Source: Rhodospirillales bacterium (GTDB lineage Bacteria > Pseudomonadota > Alphaproteobacteria > ATCC43930 > CGMCC-115725). Taken from it: 24,219 nt of DNA. Shown here in pieces: positions 1-8,660 of the stretch. The first letter of the stretch is position 1. Each line of letters begins with the position of its first letter. The DNA is taken from assembly GCA_015654725.1 (NCBI GenBank), contig JAATGI010000154.1, positions 1-24,219 on the forward strand. The letters run 5' to 3'. The position numbers were made by a program, and so were the translations under genes. Under the pieces are notes generated by a model, which saw nothing but the letters and a program-made list of their open reading frames with translations, was not told the DNA's origin and did not search any database.

Positions 1-669
1 CGCGGCGCGCAGCGCCTCGGCGCCTTTGTTCTTCGCGGCCCCTCTCAACACGATGTCGGGCGCCGACACCGAACGGCCGTAATAGGCCGAATCCATGTCA
101 TGCGCTGGACCAATGGCGCCGCCTTGAATCGCGACGCCGCCGAACAGGCCCTTGGAACTGGAAAAGGCGTAGATGTCGGCGCCCGCGGGTGCCACCACAT
201 TGCCTTGCGCGCCCGCGCCGATGGTCGCGATCGCCAAGCCGGCCTCGGCGCCCAGCTTAACTTGCGTGTCCTGCAGCGCGCTGTTGAGCGCGCGATCGTT
301 CATGATGATCAGCACGACCTGCGAGACCTCGGCGCCGGCCTGAAAGCCGAATGACGCCGCGCCCAGATGATAGAAGGCCGGGTAGCTCCAGCCGCCGTTT
401 TTCTGGTGCGCCAGCAACACGCCGGTGCCGCCTTGCGCGCCGAAGATAAAGCCGGCCTGGACCATTTGCGGCACGATGATGACGGCGCGCGACCGCTTCA
501 CGAGGTCCCGCACGTTGGTGAGATATTCGCCGGGGTTGTGGAACGAATCGACCACGCCCTTGGCCTGGTCGACCAATTGCTGCTGGTCCGATTGCGCCAG
601 CGCCGCGGGCGCCGTCGCCAGGGTCGCCGCCGCTAAGCCGAGGGCCGCGGCAAGCCATGTTCTTGTCAT
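1..669 (-). CDS. SYLF/Ysc84-domain lipid-binding protein, secreted (runs off left edge)
   Basis: Not in the ORF track in this frame. Hand translation from ATG 669 (SD AAAGGAG at 677-683): MTRTWLAAALGLAAATLATAPAALAQ (signal peptide)...RAVIIVPQMVQAGFIFGAQGGTGVLL...WSYPAF...SFGFQAGAEVSQVVLIIMN...DIYAFSSSKGLFGGVAIQG. The frame stays open to position 1. Confidence 0.85.
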   Translation of the reverse strand, partial: MTRTWLAAALGLAAATLATAPAALAQSDQQQLVDQAKGVVDSFHNPGEYLTNVRDLVKRSRAVIIVPQMVQAGFIFGAQGGTGVLLAHQKNGGWSYPAFYHLGAASFGFQAGAEVSQVVLIIMNDRALNSALQDTQVKLGAEAGLAIATIGAGAQGNVVAPAGADIYAFSSSKGLFGGVAIQGGAIGPAHDMDSAYYGRSVSAPDIVLRGAAKNKGAEALRAA

Positions 670-820
670 GCTTTAACTCCTTTCATTCGAAAAGCCTCAT
701 CGCCCTGTTCAACACCGGCGATAGGAAAACGTGCCCAACAATAGGAGGGGGGGAGAATACCGATTGTCTCTTCGTTGTACGAGTGCCGCACGCAACCTGC
801 TGGCGATTACGTGACCGGGA

Positions 821-1438
821 TTATCGTGGCGGGCGATTGGCGCTGACAATTCGCGTCCCGTGTCCCTCGTGTCGTTCGGTAAAATATTCGATGATCGTGA
901 GCGACAGATTGTCGATGGCGAAGGCAAGCGCGGTCTCGGACGCCAGTTCGAGCGCGTGACCCAGCGCTGAGCGAATCACGCCGCCATGCGCCACCGCCAC
1001 GATGTCGCGGCCACGATAGTCATGGGTCATGCGCTCGATCGCGGTCTTGACGCGTGCCATCACGGCATTGAAGTTTTCTCCGCCCGGCGGCGTCTCGTCG
1101 GCGCCGGCGATCCACAAATGATGGCGAATGATCTCGGCGCGCTTCTGACCCTGCCAGGCGCCGAAATTCTGCTCGATCAGCAAGGGCTCGATCAGCGGCT
1201 CGATGGCGGTGCCGGCGGCCATTTGAATCGCCGCCGCCGTTTCGCGTGTGCGCTTCAGCGGCGACGTCACCCACACCGCCTCTTTCGGCAATGCGCTTGC
1301 CAGCGCCGCGAAGGCGGCGCGATCGCTGCAGTCGCAATCGACATCGCGCTGGCCATAGAGCCGGCCCTCATGATCGATCGCCGGCGCGTGGCGTATCCAC
1401 CACCAGCGCGTCACGTAGCGGACGGTTCCCCCCGCCAT
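821..1438 (-). CDS. Histidine phosphatase (PGAM/CobC-like) family protein
   Basis: RHA(P) N-terminal motif, SPLKRTRETA, EQNFGAWQG, PPGGE and VAHGGVI; starts 1 nt after the permease stop. Confidence 0.88.
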   Translation of the reverse strand: MAGGTVRYVTRWWWIRHAPAIDHEGRLYGQRDVDCDCSDRAAFAALASALPKEAVWVTSPLKRTRETAAAIQMAAGTAIEPLIEPLLIEQNFGAWQGQKRAEIIRHHLWIAGADETPPGGENFNAVMARVKTAIERMTHDYRGRDIVAVAHGGVIRSALGHALELASETALAFAIDNLSLTIIEYFTERHEGHGTRIVSANRPPR

Positions 1439-1439
1439 G

Positions 1440-2273
1440 TCATTCGCCCATTTGCATCAAGGCGCCGCGGTGCCGGGCCTGACGCATGAAGATGAGGAAC
1501 ACCATGCCGCCCGCCGCCAGATAGACGATATCGAGTCCGGCGGCGGCGAAAAAATGGTCGAGCGGAAACTCGCCCTTGAACATGACGGCGCGCATGCCCT
1601 CGAAGACATGCGATGACGGCAGGAACCAGGCGACATATTGCAGCCAGACCGGCAGGATCGACACCGGGTAATAGATGGCGCTCACCGGCGCGATGATGAA
1701 CACCGCGAACCAGGCGATGCTCTCGGCGCCGAGCCCGTTGCGCAGAATGAGGCCGCAAATCGCCAGCCCGATCGCCCAACCCATGAACATCAGCAGCGCG
1801 AAGAAGGCGATCAAGGGCAGGCCGAGGCTGAAGATCGAATAATGATAAAGCGGGATGGCGAGAAGCGCCGCCGGCACCACGCCGATGCCGACGCGCACGA
1901 AGCTCATGAAAATGAGCGCGATCACCCATTCATAAGGCCGGAGCGGCGTCGCGAACAAATGGCCCAGGTTTCGCGACCACATCTCCTCGAGAAACGACAC
2001 CGAGACTCCGAGCTGGCCCCGGAACATCACGTCCCACAACATCACCGCCGCCAGCAATACGCCGCCGGCGCGCGCCACATAGGAGCTGTTGGTCATGAGG
2101 AATCGGCTCATGAAGCCCCATAGGATCATCTGGATGGCGGGCCAATAAAGCAGTTCCAGCGTCCGCGGCCAGGAGCTCTGCAGCAAATAGAGATAGCGCA
2201 GCATCATCGCCCAGACCCGCGCCGGCGAGAATCCGTCGCCGACCGGAATGCCGGCCTTGGTCACGGCGGTCAT
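1440..2273 (-). CDS. ABC-2 type exporter permease
   Basis: Hydrophobic ~277 aa; starts at an ATGA overlap (2270-2273) with the ATPase stop. EEMWSRNLGHLFATPL and PVSILPVWLQYVAWFLPSSHVFEGMR segments are typical. The track start at 2513 is an upstream extension. Confidence 0.88.
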   Translation of the reverse strand: MTAVTKAGIPVGDGFSPARVWAMMLRYLYLLQSSWPRTLELLYWPAIQMILWGFMSRFLMTNSSYVARAGGVLLAAVMLWDVMFRGQLGVSVSFLEEMWSRNLGHLFATPLRPYEWVIALIFMSFVRVGIGVVPAALLAIPLYHYSIFSLGLPLIAFFALLMFMGWAIGLAICGLILRNGLGAESIAWFAVFIIAPVSAIYYPVSILPVWLQYVAWFLPSSHVFEGMRAVMFKGEFPLDHFFAAAGLDIVYLAAGGMVFLIFMRQARHRGALMQMGE

Positions 2274-3025
2274 TGCGCCGCCTCGCGGGCGAACAGGTCG
2301 GGCCCGCGCGCGATGTCGAGAAACACTTGCTCGAGGGTGGCGCGGCCGTAACGCGCGATCAATTCCTGGGGACTGCCGCGATCCACGATGCGGCCTCGCT
2401 TCATCATCATGACGTCGGAACAGAGCCGCTCGACCTCGCCCATATTGTGCGAGGCGAGCAGAATGGTGGCGTCGCCGCGGCGGCGATAGTCTTCGAGATA
2501 AGAGCGCACCCAATCGCCGGTATCGGGATCGAGCGACGCGGTCGGCTCGTCGAGCAAGAGCAGTTCCGGCCGGTTCAACAGCGCCTTGGCCAGGGCGACG
2601 CGCGTCTTCATCCCCGACGACAATTTGCCGGTCTGGCGGTCGAGAAAATCGGCGATCTGCAGGTCGCGCGCCAGCTCAGCGATGCGGTCCTTAAGCTCCG
2701 GAATCCGATAGAGCCGGCCATAGACGGTGAGGTTCTGGCGCACCGTCAGGCGATGCGGCAGATCGACATAGGGCGACGAGAAATTGAGCCGCGGCAGGAC
2801 GCGATGGCGATGCGTCAGCATGTTCTCGCCGAAAATCTCGATCGCGCCTTCGCTCGGCAACAACAAGCCCGGCAACATCGACAGCGTCGTCGTCTTGCCC
2901 GCGCCGTTGCCGCCCAAGAGCGCCGCCGTCACGCCGCGCGGCAGCGCGAAGTCGAGCGCGTCCACGGCGACGACATCGCCGAAACGCTTTGTCAAATTGC
3001 GGACGGTGACGACCGGCTGTGGCAC
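2270..3025 (-). CDS. ABC transporter ATP-binding protein
   Basis: Walker A GGNGAGKTT, signature LSSGMK, Walker B LLLLDEPT, H-loop SHN. Confidence 0.95.
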   Translation of the reverse strand: MPQPVVTVRNLTKRFGDVVAVDALDFALPRGVTAALLGGNGAGKTTTLSMLPGLLLPSEGAIEIFGENMLTHRHRVLPRLNFSSPYVDLPHRLTVRQNLTVYGRLYRIPELKDRIAELARDLQIADFLDRQTGKLSSGMKTRVALAKALLNRPELLLLDEPTASLDPDTGDWVRSYLEDYRRRGDATILLASHNMGEVERLCSDVMMMKRGRIVDRGSPQELIARYGRATLEQVFLDIARGPDLFAREAAQ

Positions 3026-3175
3026 GCGGGCATCATGGCCGAAACCCCCGGACGATCAAGCGTGAAACCGCCCGCCGCCGACTCGCGCTTGGCGCCTTGG
3101 CCGCTTTGGCCTAGGGTTTCGCCCAATCGAGCGCCGCGGCAACGACAAGCCGCGGCGACAGACAGGGAGGATCGG

Positions 3176-4378
3176 ATGAAATCGAAAACGCTTGTCGTTT
3201 GCGCGGCGATCGCGGCGGCATCGCTGTTCGGACGCGCTTGGGCTGAAAACGCGCCCGGCGTGACCGATACCGAGATCAAGATCGGCCAGACCTCGCCCTA
3301 TAGCGGCCCGGCCTCGGCCTATTCGGCCAACAGCAAGGCCGAGATCGCTTACTTCAACATGATCAACGACCAGGGCGGCATCAACGGCCGCAAGATCAAG
3401 ATCGTCAGCCTCGATGACGGCTACAATCCGGCCAAGACCGTCGAGCTCACGCGCAAGCTGGTCGAGGAAGAGCAGGTCGCCTTCATCTTCTCGACCATCG
3501 GCACGCCCACCAATGTCGCGATCCGCAAATATCTGAATGACCTGAAAGTGCCGGATGTGCTCGTCGCCTCGGGCGGCGATTTCTGGGGCGATTACGAGCA
3601 TTATCCTTGGTCGATCGGCCTGCTGCCGAGCTACCGCGTCGAGGCGACGATCTATGCCAAATACATTCTCGCCCATAAGCCCGACGCCAAGGTCGCGCTG
3701 CTCTATCAGAACGACGATTTCGGCAAGGATTACCTGAACGGCCTCAAGGACGGCTTCGGCGCCGATTTCGACAAGCGCGTCGTCAAACAGGAAACCTACC
3801 AGGTCACCGATCCCACCATCGATTCGCAGATCGTGTCGTTGCAAGCCTCGGGTGCCGACGTTCTGGTCAGCGGCCAGACCATCAAGTTCGGCGACAAGGC
3901 GATTCGCAAGGTCTCCGATCTCGGTTGGAAGCCGCTGCACTTGATCTCCTACGTCTCGTCCTCGGTCGGCGCCACGCTGCAGCCCGCCGGGCTCGACAAG
4001 TCGGTCGGCCTCATCACCGCGCAATACAACAAGGATCCCGGCGATCCGCGTTGGCAGAACGATCCCGGCATGCAGCGGTGGCGCGACTTCATGACCAAAT
4101 ATCTGCCGGGCGTGTCGCAGACCGACAATAATTACGTCGCCGGCTATCAATACGCCCAGACGCTGGCGCAGGTATTGCGCCAATGCGGCAACAATCTGTC
4201 GCGCGACAACATCATGCGCCAAGCCGCCAACCTCCACGATCTCAAGGAAGACGTCTTGCTGCCGGGGATCGCGGTCAATACCTCGCCGACCAATTTCCAC
4301 CCGGTGACGCAGATGCAATTGGCGCGGTTCGACGGCAAGAGTTGGGTGCTGTTCGGCGACGTGATCGGGGTGAACTGA
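3176..4378 (+). CDS. ABC substrate-binding protein, branched-chain amino acid/aromatic acid-binding type (LivJ-like)
   Basis: SD GGGAGG before ATG 3176; signal peptide; GVTDTEIKIG, GGINGRKI, DDGYNP and QNDDFGKDY motifs. Confidence 0.9.
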   Translation: MKSKTLVVCAAIAAASLFGRAWAENAPGVTDTEIKIGQTSPYSGPASAYSANSKAEIAYFNMINDQGGINGRKIKIVSLDDGYNPAKTVELTRKLVEEEQVAFIFSTIGTPTNVAIRKYLNDLKVPDVLVASGGDFWGDYEHYPWSIGLLPSYRVEATIYAKYILAHKPDAKVALLYQNDDFGKDYLNGLKDGFGADFDKRVVKQETYQVTDPTIDSQIVSLQASGADVLVSGQTIKFGDKAIRKVSDLGWKPLHLISYVSSSVGATLQPAGLDKSVGLITAQYNKDPGDPRWQNDPGMQRWRDFMTKYLPGVSQTDNNYVAGYQYAQTLAQVLRQCGNNLSRDNIMRQAANLHDLKEDVLLPGIAVNTSPTNFHPVTQMQLARFDGKSWVLFGDVIGVN

Positions 4379-4453
4379 CCGCAAGGCGCGCGGCCTGACC
4401 ATTGCGCGCCGCGCCGGTATGACGCGATTGCGGTGTGACGGTGACAAGGCGCG

Positions 4454-4485
4454 AAAAAAAAGAGGCCGGAACTGCTTCCGGCCTC
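4454..4485 (-). terminator. Intrinsic terminator downstream of pstS
   Basis: Perfect 10-bp stem GAGGCCGGAA/TTCCGGCCTC with a 4-nt loop, followed by T8 on the minus strand. Confidence 0.85.
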
Positions 4486-4547
4486 CACGCCTCTTGGTCC
4501 GTCGGTAAGGGGTCTAACCGATCGCGAGGTCTTAGAGTTAAGTCAGG

Positions 4548-5576
4548 TCAGAATTTGAACTGCGCCTTCCAATAATCTTGGATCTGCGCCACCAGCGCGG
4601 GCGGCAACGGCACGTAATCGAGCGCCTCGGCTTGCGGCTGGCCCTCCTTGAAGGCCCAGGCGAAGAAATCGAGCACCGCTTGCGAGCGCGTCGCGTCCTT
4701 CGGCACCTTGTGCATCAGGACGAACGACGTCGCCGCGATCGGATAGGCCTGGTCCCCCGGCGCGTTGGTCATGATCAGGTAAAAGTCCTTGGCCTTGGTC
4801 CAGTCGGCGCTCGCCGCGGCCGCCTGGAAGCTGTCGCGGTCGGGCTTGATGAAATTGCCGGCCGCGTTTTGCACCAGCGCATAGGTCATCTTGTTTTGCA
4901 GCACATAGGCATATTCGACATAGCCGATCGAGCCCTTGATCTGATTGACATAGGCGGCGACGCCTTCGTTGCCCTTGCCGCCGATGCCGGTGGGCCAAGA
5001 AACCGAGGTGTCGGCGCCGACTTTCGTCTTCCATTCCGGACTGACCTTGGACAGGTAGTCGGCGAAGTTGAAGGTCGTGCCCGATCCGTCCGAGCGATGC
5101 ACCACCGAAATCTTCACGTCCGGCAGCTTCACGCCGGAGTTGACCGCGGCCAGCGCCGGATCGTTCCAATTGGTGATCTTGCCGAGATAAATGTCGGCGA
5201 TGATCGGCCCGGTCAGATTCAATCCGCCCGGCGCCACGCCGTCGATATTCACCACCGGCACGATGCCGCCGATCACGTCGGGAAATTGACCCAGGCCGGC
5301 GGCGTCGAGATCTTCCGGCTTCAGGGGCTTGTCGCTGGCGCCAAAATCGACCGTGCCGGCCTTGATCTGGGCGATGCCGCCGCCCGAGCCGATCGACTGA
5401 TAATTCATGCGGTTGCCGGTCTTGGAGGCATAATCGGCCGCCCATTTGGCGAATACCGGATAAGGAAACGTCGCCCCCGCGCCGGCGATATCGATCGCGT
5501 AGGCGGTACCCATGCCGATCGCGCCGGCGGCGACGAGAGCCGCCACGGCAATCAATGGCCGAATGCGAAACGCCAT
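4548..5576 (-). CDS. pstS: Phosphate ABC transporter substrate-binding protein PstS
   Basis: GAGATFPYP, YQSIGSGGGI, VDFGASD, HRSDGSGTTFNF, GKGNEGV, GSIGYVEYAY and YPI motifs; SD GAGGAG. Confidence 0.96.
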   Translation of the reverse strand: MAFRIRPLIAVAALVAAGAIGMGTAYAIDIAGAGATFPYPVFAKWAADYASKTGNRMNYQSIGSGGGIAQIKAGTVDFGASDKPLKPEDLDAAGLGQFPDVIGGIVPVVNIDGVAPGGLNLTGPIIADIYLGKITNWNDPALAAVNSGVKLPDVKISVVHRSDGSGTTFNFADYLSKVSPEWKTKVGADTSVSWPTGIGGKGNEGVAAYVNQIKGSIGYVEYAYVLQNKMTYALVQNAAGNFIKPDRDSFQAAAASADWTKAKDFYLIMTNAPGDQAYPIAATSFVLMHKVPKDATRSQAVLDFFAWAFKEGQPQAEALDYVPLPPALVAQIQDYWKAQFKF

Positions 5577-5653
5577 TCTTTTTCTCCTCTGATGTCAGGC
5601 CGGGATCCGCCGCGCCGGATCGGCGCGCGGAATTCATCCCCCAAACGAGCGGC

Positions 5654-5687
5654 ACTCTATTGGCGGGTGATTGCAGTTTCGTGACGA
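5654..5687 (-). promoter_or_regulatory. Putative Pho box plus -10 element of pstS
   Basis: Minus strand TCGTCAC-GAAA-CTGCAAT (5687-5670; consensus CTGTCAT-N4-CTGTCAT), then exactly 10 nt, then TAGAGT (5659-5654). This is the canonical PhoB promoter geometry. Confidence 0.6.
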
Positions 5688-5833
5688 GGAAACGGCGCCT
5701 GCGAGAAATCGTCTCTCCCAAATCTGGGGGAATGAACGTTCCGCTGTACTATATATGGGAGGTGTGATAGTTTTCGTACTCGGGCTAGGCAGCGGATCGT
5801 CCGTTGCTGCCCGTGCGAACGAGGACAGAAATT

Positions 5834-5896
5834 ATGGCAGCGAAAAAGAAAGCAAAGGCGAAGCCGGCGAAGCGGGCCGCCAAGAAGAAGAAGTAG
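5834..5896 (+). CDS. Putative 20-aa Lys/Ala-rich micropeptide MAAKKKAKAKPAKRAAKKKK
   Basis: SD GAGGA at 5821-5825, 8 nt before ATG; 11 of 20 residues basic; TAG followed by two hairpins. Confidence 0.6.
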   Translation: MAAKKKAKAKPAKRAAKKKK

Positions 5897-5903
5897 TCGC
5901 GTC

Positions 5904-5967
5904 CGTCTGAGCGTTTCAGACGATCGCGGGGCTGCTCTGCACCGAAGGGGGTTCAGAGCAGCCCCGC
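5904..5967. terminator. Tandem hairpins between convergent genes (no U-tract)
   Basis: CGTCTGA/TCAGACG (5904-5922) and a perfect 14-bp stem GCGGGGCTGCTCTG/CAGAGCAGCCCCGC (5926-5967). Confidence 0.4.
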
Positions 5968-6037
5968 CAGCGCACGGTTCCCCGGCCCTGCGGCCGGCAG
6001 AGAAATCGGCGATAAATCTCCCACTTTCGATGTGCTT

Positions 6038-7825
6038 TTACGGACGAAACCGCGATAAATCGACGGCTTTCAGCCGATCGCGCGTGTAGCGATATCCGGA
6101 CTCGATCGCCCGGTCGAACGCGCGCCAGTCGCGCATCGCGATATCCTCCAGGGGCGGCTCGATCAGCAGATCGACATGCGATCGGCTGTGCTCGGTTTCG
6201 ACCTCGCTGCCGATGGTGCCGGCGCGCAGCAGCATGGTCACGATTCCCGGGGCGGCCTTGTCGTCGCCAAGAAACAGCCGCGCCAGCGGCCCGCGCTTGA
6301 CCGGGCGGAAGTCGTCTCGCCGGCCGACATCGACGCCGATGATCGGGCCCTGATTCCATTCCGTCATGGTGGCGGCCGGCAGGTTGTTCATCACCGCGCC
6401 ATCGACCAGAATCTCGCCGTCCTCCACGACCGGCGGCAACAGGCCGGGAATCGCGACGCTGGCCCGCAGCGCCCGCCATACCGGCCCGCGATCGTGCAAT
6501 CTCAGCCGGCCGCTCGTCAGATTCGAGGACACCGCGAAATAGGGCCGCCACAGATCCTCGATGCGGTCGTCGCCGAAATGTTTTTTGAGCCGCGCGGTGA
6601 CGCGGCGGCCCGTGGTCAGCGCCAGGATCGGCAGCGTCACGTCGCGCAGGGGATCGGAGCGCACGAAGGCGTCGAGCATGCGCTCGCGCAGTTCGGCGAT
6701 GTCCCATTCATGCGCCAGGCCCGCCGCCACGATCGCGCCCATGCTGGTGCCGCCAAGGAGATCGAAGGCGACGCCTGCCTCTTGCAGCGCCTGCACCACG
6801 CCGACATGGCCGTAGGCGCGCGCGCCGCCGCCCGACAGCACCAGCCCGACGGCGCGGCCCGACAGCATGCGCGCCAGCCGTGCCATGTCGGCCGTATCGC
6901 CGCGCCGCAAATGATAATGAAACCGCGCCGGCACCAGCGCGAGCCACGGCCCCGCCGGCAACGGCATCGGGCGCCGATCCTGCATCACCGCGAGATCGAA
7001 GCGCTGCCACGGCGAGGTCTGGAGCGCGGATAGAATCGGCGGGCTTCGCGGCGCCGCTGCGGCGTCCACGATGACGATGGCATGGTCGCCGCGCCGGGCG
7101 CAGAGCCGCGACCAGTTGGTCAGCGCCGCGTCCGCGCGGTAAATCACGCGGTCGTGCCCCTGTTCGATGGCGGCGAATTCGGTTTCGGTCGCCGCCGCCG
7201 CGGCCGAATCGAGCAGGGCAACGCGCAATCCGGATCTGCCGAACTGATCGGCGAGCGCCTGCGCCAGCGGCGCCGCCGACTCGTCGCCGACCGGAAACAG
7301 CGCGATGGTGCGCGGCGGCGCTTGCCGGGCGTCGCGGAGATGCGGCCGGCGCAGCCAGCCGATGATCTGGGCCGTCACCCGCATCATCGCCTCGGGATGA
7401 AGCGTCAACAGCCGCTCGAACGCGGTGGCCGGCACGCGCAACAGCGAGGTGTCGCGCAGCGCCGTCACCGTCGCGGTATGAAAGCCGGTGTCGAGCATCG
7501 CGACCTCGCCGACAATGTCGCCGGGATGGACCTCGATCTCGCGCGTTCCATTGCGCTCGATGCCCAATATGCCGCTCAACACGACGTAAAACGCGTCGGC
7601 CGGTTCTTTTTCGGCGAACAGGATGGTGCCGCCGGGCAGATCGAACCACGATATTTCGTCGGCGATGCTGGCGAGCGCCGCGGGAGCCATGCCGGCGAAA
7701 AACGGCACCGCTTCGAGCCGCGGCGGCGCGATCGCGGTATCCAGCGCAGCCGCGGCCGCGCTTGCGTGCGGTGCAACACGGCCATGCGCTGCCAACGTGT
7801 TGCCGTTTTTCGCGTCGCTTACCAA
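6038..7825 (-). CDS. cNMP-binding domain + patatin-like phospholipase (NTE/RssA family)
   Basis: N-terminal CAP domain (LFAEKEPADAFYVVLSG, GDIVGEVAML); patatin motifs GGGARAYGHVG, GTSMG and DGA. The start is uncertain (TTG, no adjacent SD). Confidence 0.9.
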   Translation of the reverse strand: MVSDAKNGNTLAAHGRVAPHASAAAAALDTAIAPPRLEAVPFFAGMAPAALASIADEISWFDLPGGTILFAEKEPADAFYVVLSGILGIERNGTREIEVHPGDIVGEVAMLDTGFHTATVTALRDTSLLRVPATAFERLLTLHPEAMMRVTAQIIGWLRRPHLRDARQAPPRTIALFPVGDESAAPLAQALADQFGRSGLRVALLDSAAAAATETEFAAIEQGHDRVIYRADAALTNWSRLCARRGDHAIVIVDAAAAPRSPPILSALQTSPWQRFDLAVMQDRRPMPLPAGPWLALVPARFHYHLRRGDTADMARLARMLSGRAVGLVLSGGGARAYGHVGVVQALQEAGVAFDLLGGTSMGAIVAAGLAHEWDIAELRERMLDAFVRSDPLRDVTLPILALTTGRRVTARLKKHFGDDRIEDLWRPYFAVSSNLTSGRLRLHDRGPVWRALRASVAIPGLLPPVVEDGEILVDGAVMNNLPAATMTEWNQGPIIGVDVGRRDDFRPVKRGPLARLFLGDDKAAPGIVTMLLRAGTIGSEVETEHSRSHVDLLIEPPLEDIAMRDWRAFDRAIESGYRYTRDRLKAVDLSRFRP

Positions 7826-7835
7826 GTCAGACGTG

Positions 7836-7896
7836 AACGCCTCTCGAGGCGTTTCCTCCCTAAACTTGGGCCGTGGCTAACACGGCCCATTTTTTT
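7836..7896 (+). ncRNA. Candidate small RNA 3' portion: hairpin, CU-rich linker, intrinsic terminator
   Basis: 8-bp stem AACGCCTC/GAGGCGTT (7836-7853), linker TCCTCCCTAAAC, 9-bp stem TGGGCCGTG/CACGGCCCA, then T7. The U-tract is on + while both neighbouring genes are on -. 5' end unknown. Confidence 0.35.
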
Positions 7897-7898
7897 GC

Positions 7899-8585
7899 CT
7901 AAAAGTGCTCGACCCACGGCCGAAGCTCGATCTCCCAACTCCAGGCCGAGCGCTGCTGTCGATGCAAGTGAAGATAGTTGGCGGCGATCGCGTCGGGTTC
8001 GAGCATGGCGTCCGGTCCGCGATCGTTGCCGCGCGCGGGGCTGGCGATGCCGCCATCGATCACCACATGCGCGACATGGACGTTATGCGGCTGCAGCTCG
8101 CGCGCCATGCTTTGCGCCAGGCCGCGGAGCGCGAACTTGCCCATCGCGAACGGCGCCGATTTGGCATAGCCCTTCACGCTCGCCGAGGCGCCGGTGAAGA
8201 TGATGGTGCCATGGCCGCGCAACGACATGCGCCGCGCCGCTTCCTGCCCGACGAGAAAGCCGGCAAAGGCGCTGACGATGAGGGTGCGCCGCACTTCCTC
8301 GGCATCGAGTTCGGCCACGGGACCGCGCGTGCGGTAGCTGGCATTGAAAATGACGAGGTCGGGCGGCCCGATCACGCCCTCGGCGGCGGCGAACAACGCC
8401 GTCACCTGCTCCGGGACCGTGGCGTCGCAGGCCCAGGCCTTGGCCCCGGTTTCCGCCAGCAACGGTTCGAGCTTCGCGGTCTCGCGCGCGGCCAGCCCGA
8501 CCTTCATGCCTTCCTTGGCGCAAAGCCGCGCCAGCGCGGCGCTAAGGCCGCTGCCGGCGCCGACCATGAGTGCGGATTCGGCCAT
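7899..8585 (-). CDS. Short-chain dehydrogenase/reductase (atypical: no YxxxK Tyr)
   Basis: VGAGSGLS, VIFNAS, IIFTGASASVKG, FAMGKFALRGLAQSMAREL and VAHVVIDG motifs. Confidence 0.9.
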   Translation of the reverse strand: MAESALMVGAGSGLSAALARLCAKEGMKVGLAARETAKLEPLLAETGAKAWACDATVPEQVTALFAAAEGVIGPPDLVIFNASYRTRGPVAELDAEEVRRTLIVSAFAGFLVGQEAARRMSLRGHGTIIFTGASASVKGYAKSAPFAMGKFALRGLAQSMARELQPHNVHVAHVVIDGGIASPARGNDRGPDAMLEPDAIAANYLHLHRQQRSAWSWEIELRPWVEHF

Positions 8586-8660
8586 GTCTCCTCCATTGGC
8601 TTAGGGCGGCCTAGTATGGCATGAAGAAGCCCACGCTTAGGACGGAAAAGGAGACGCGGC

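Noticed and set aside
4490-4547. Structured pstS 3'-UTR as a separate sRNA
   Set aside because: Only a 5-bp stem (TCGGT/ACCGA); not enough evidence.
5671-5910. 79-aa track ORF overlapping the micropeptide
   Set aside because: No recognisable domain, it starts inside the Pho box, and its GGAGGT is too close to the internal GTG; the Lys-rich frame has a better SD.
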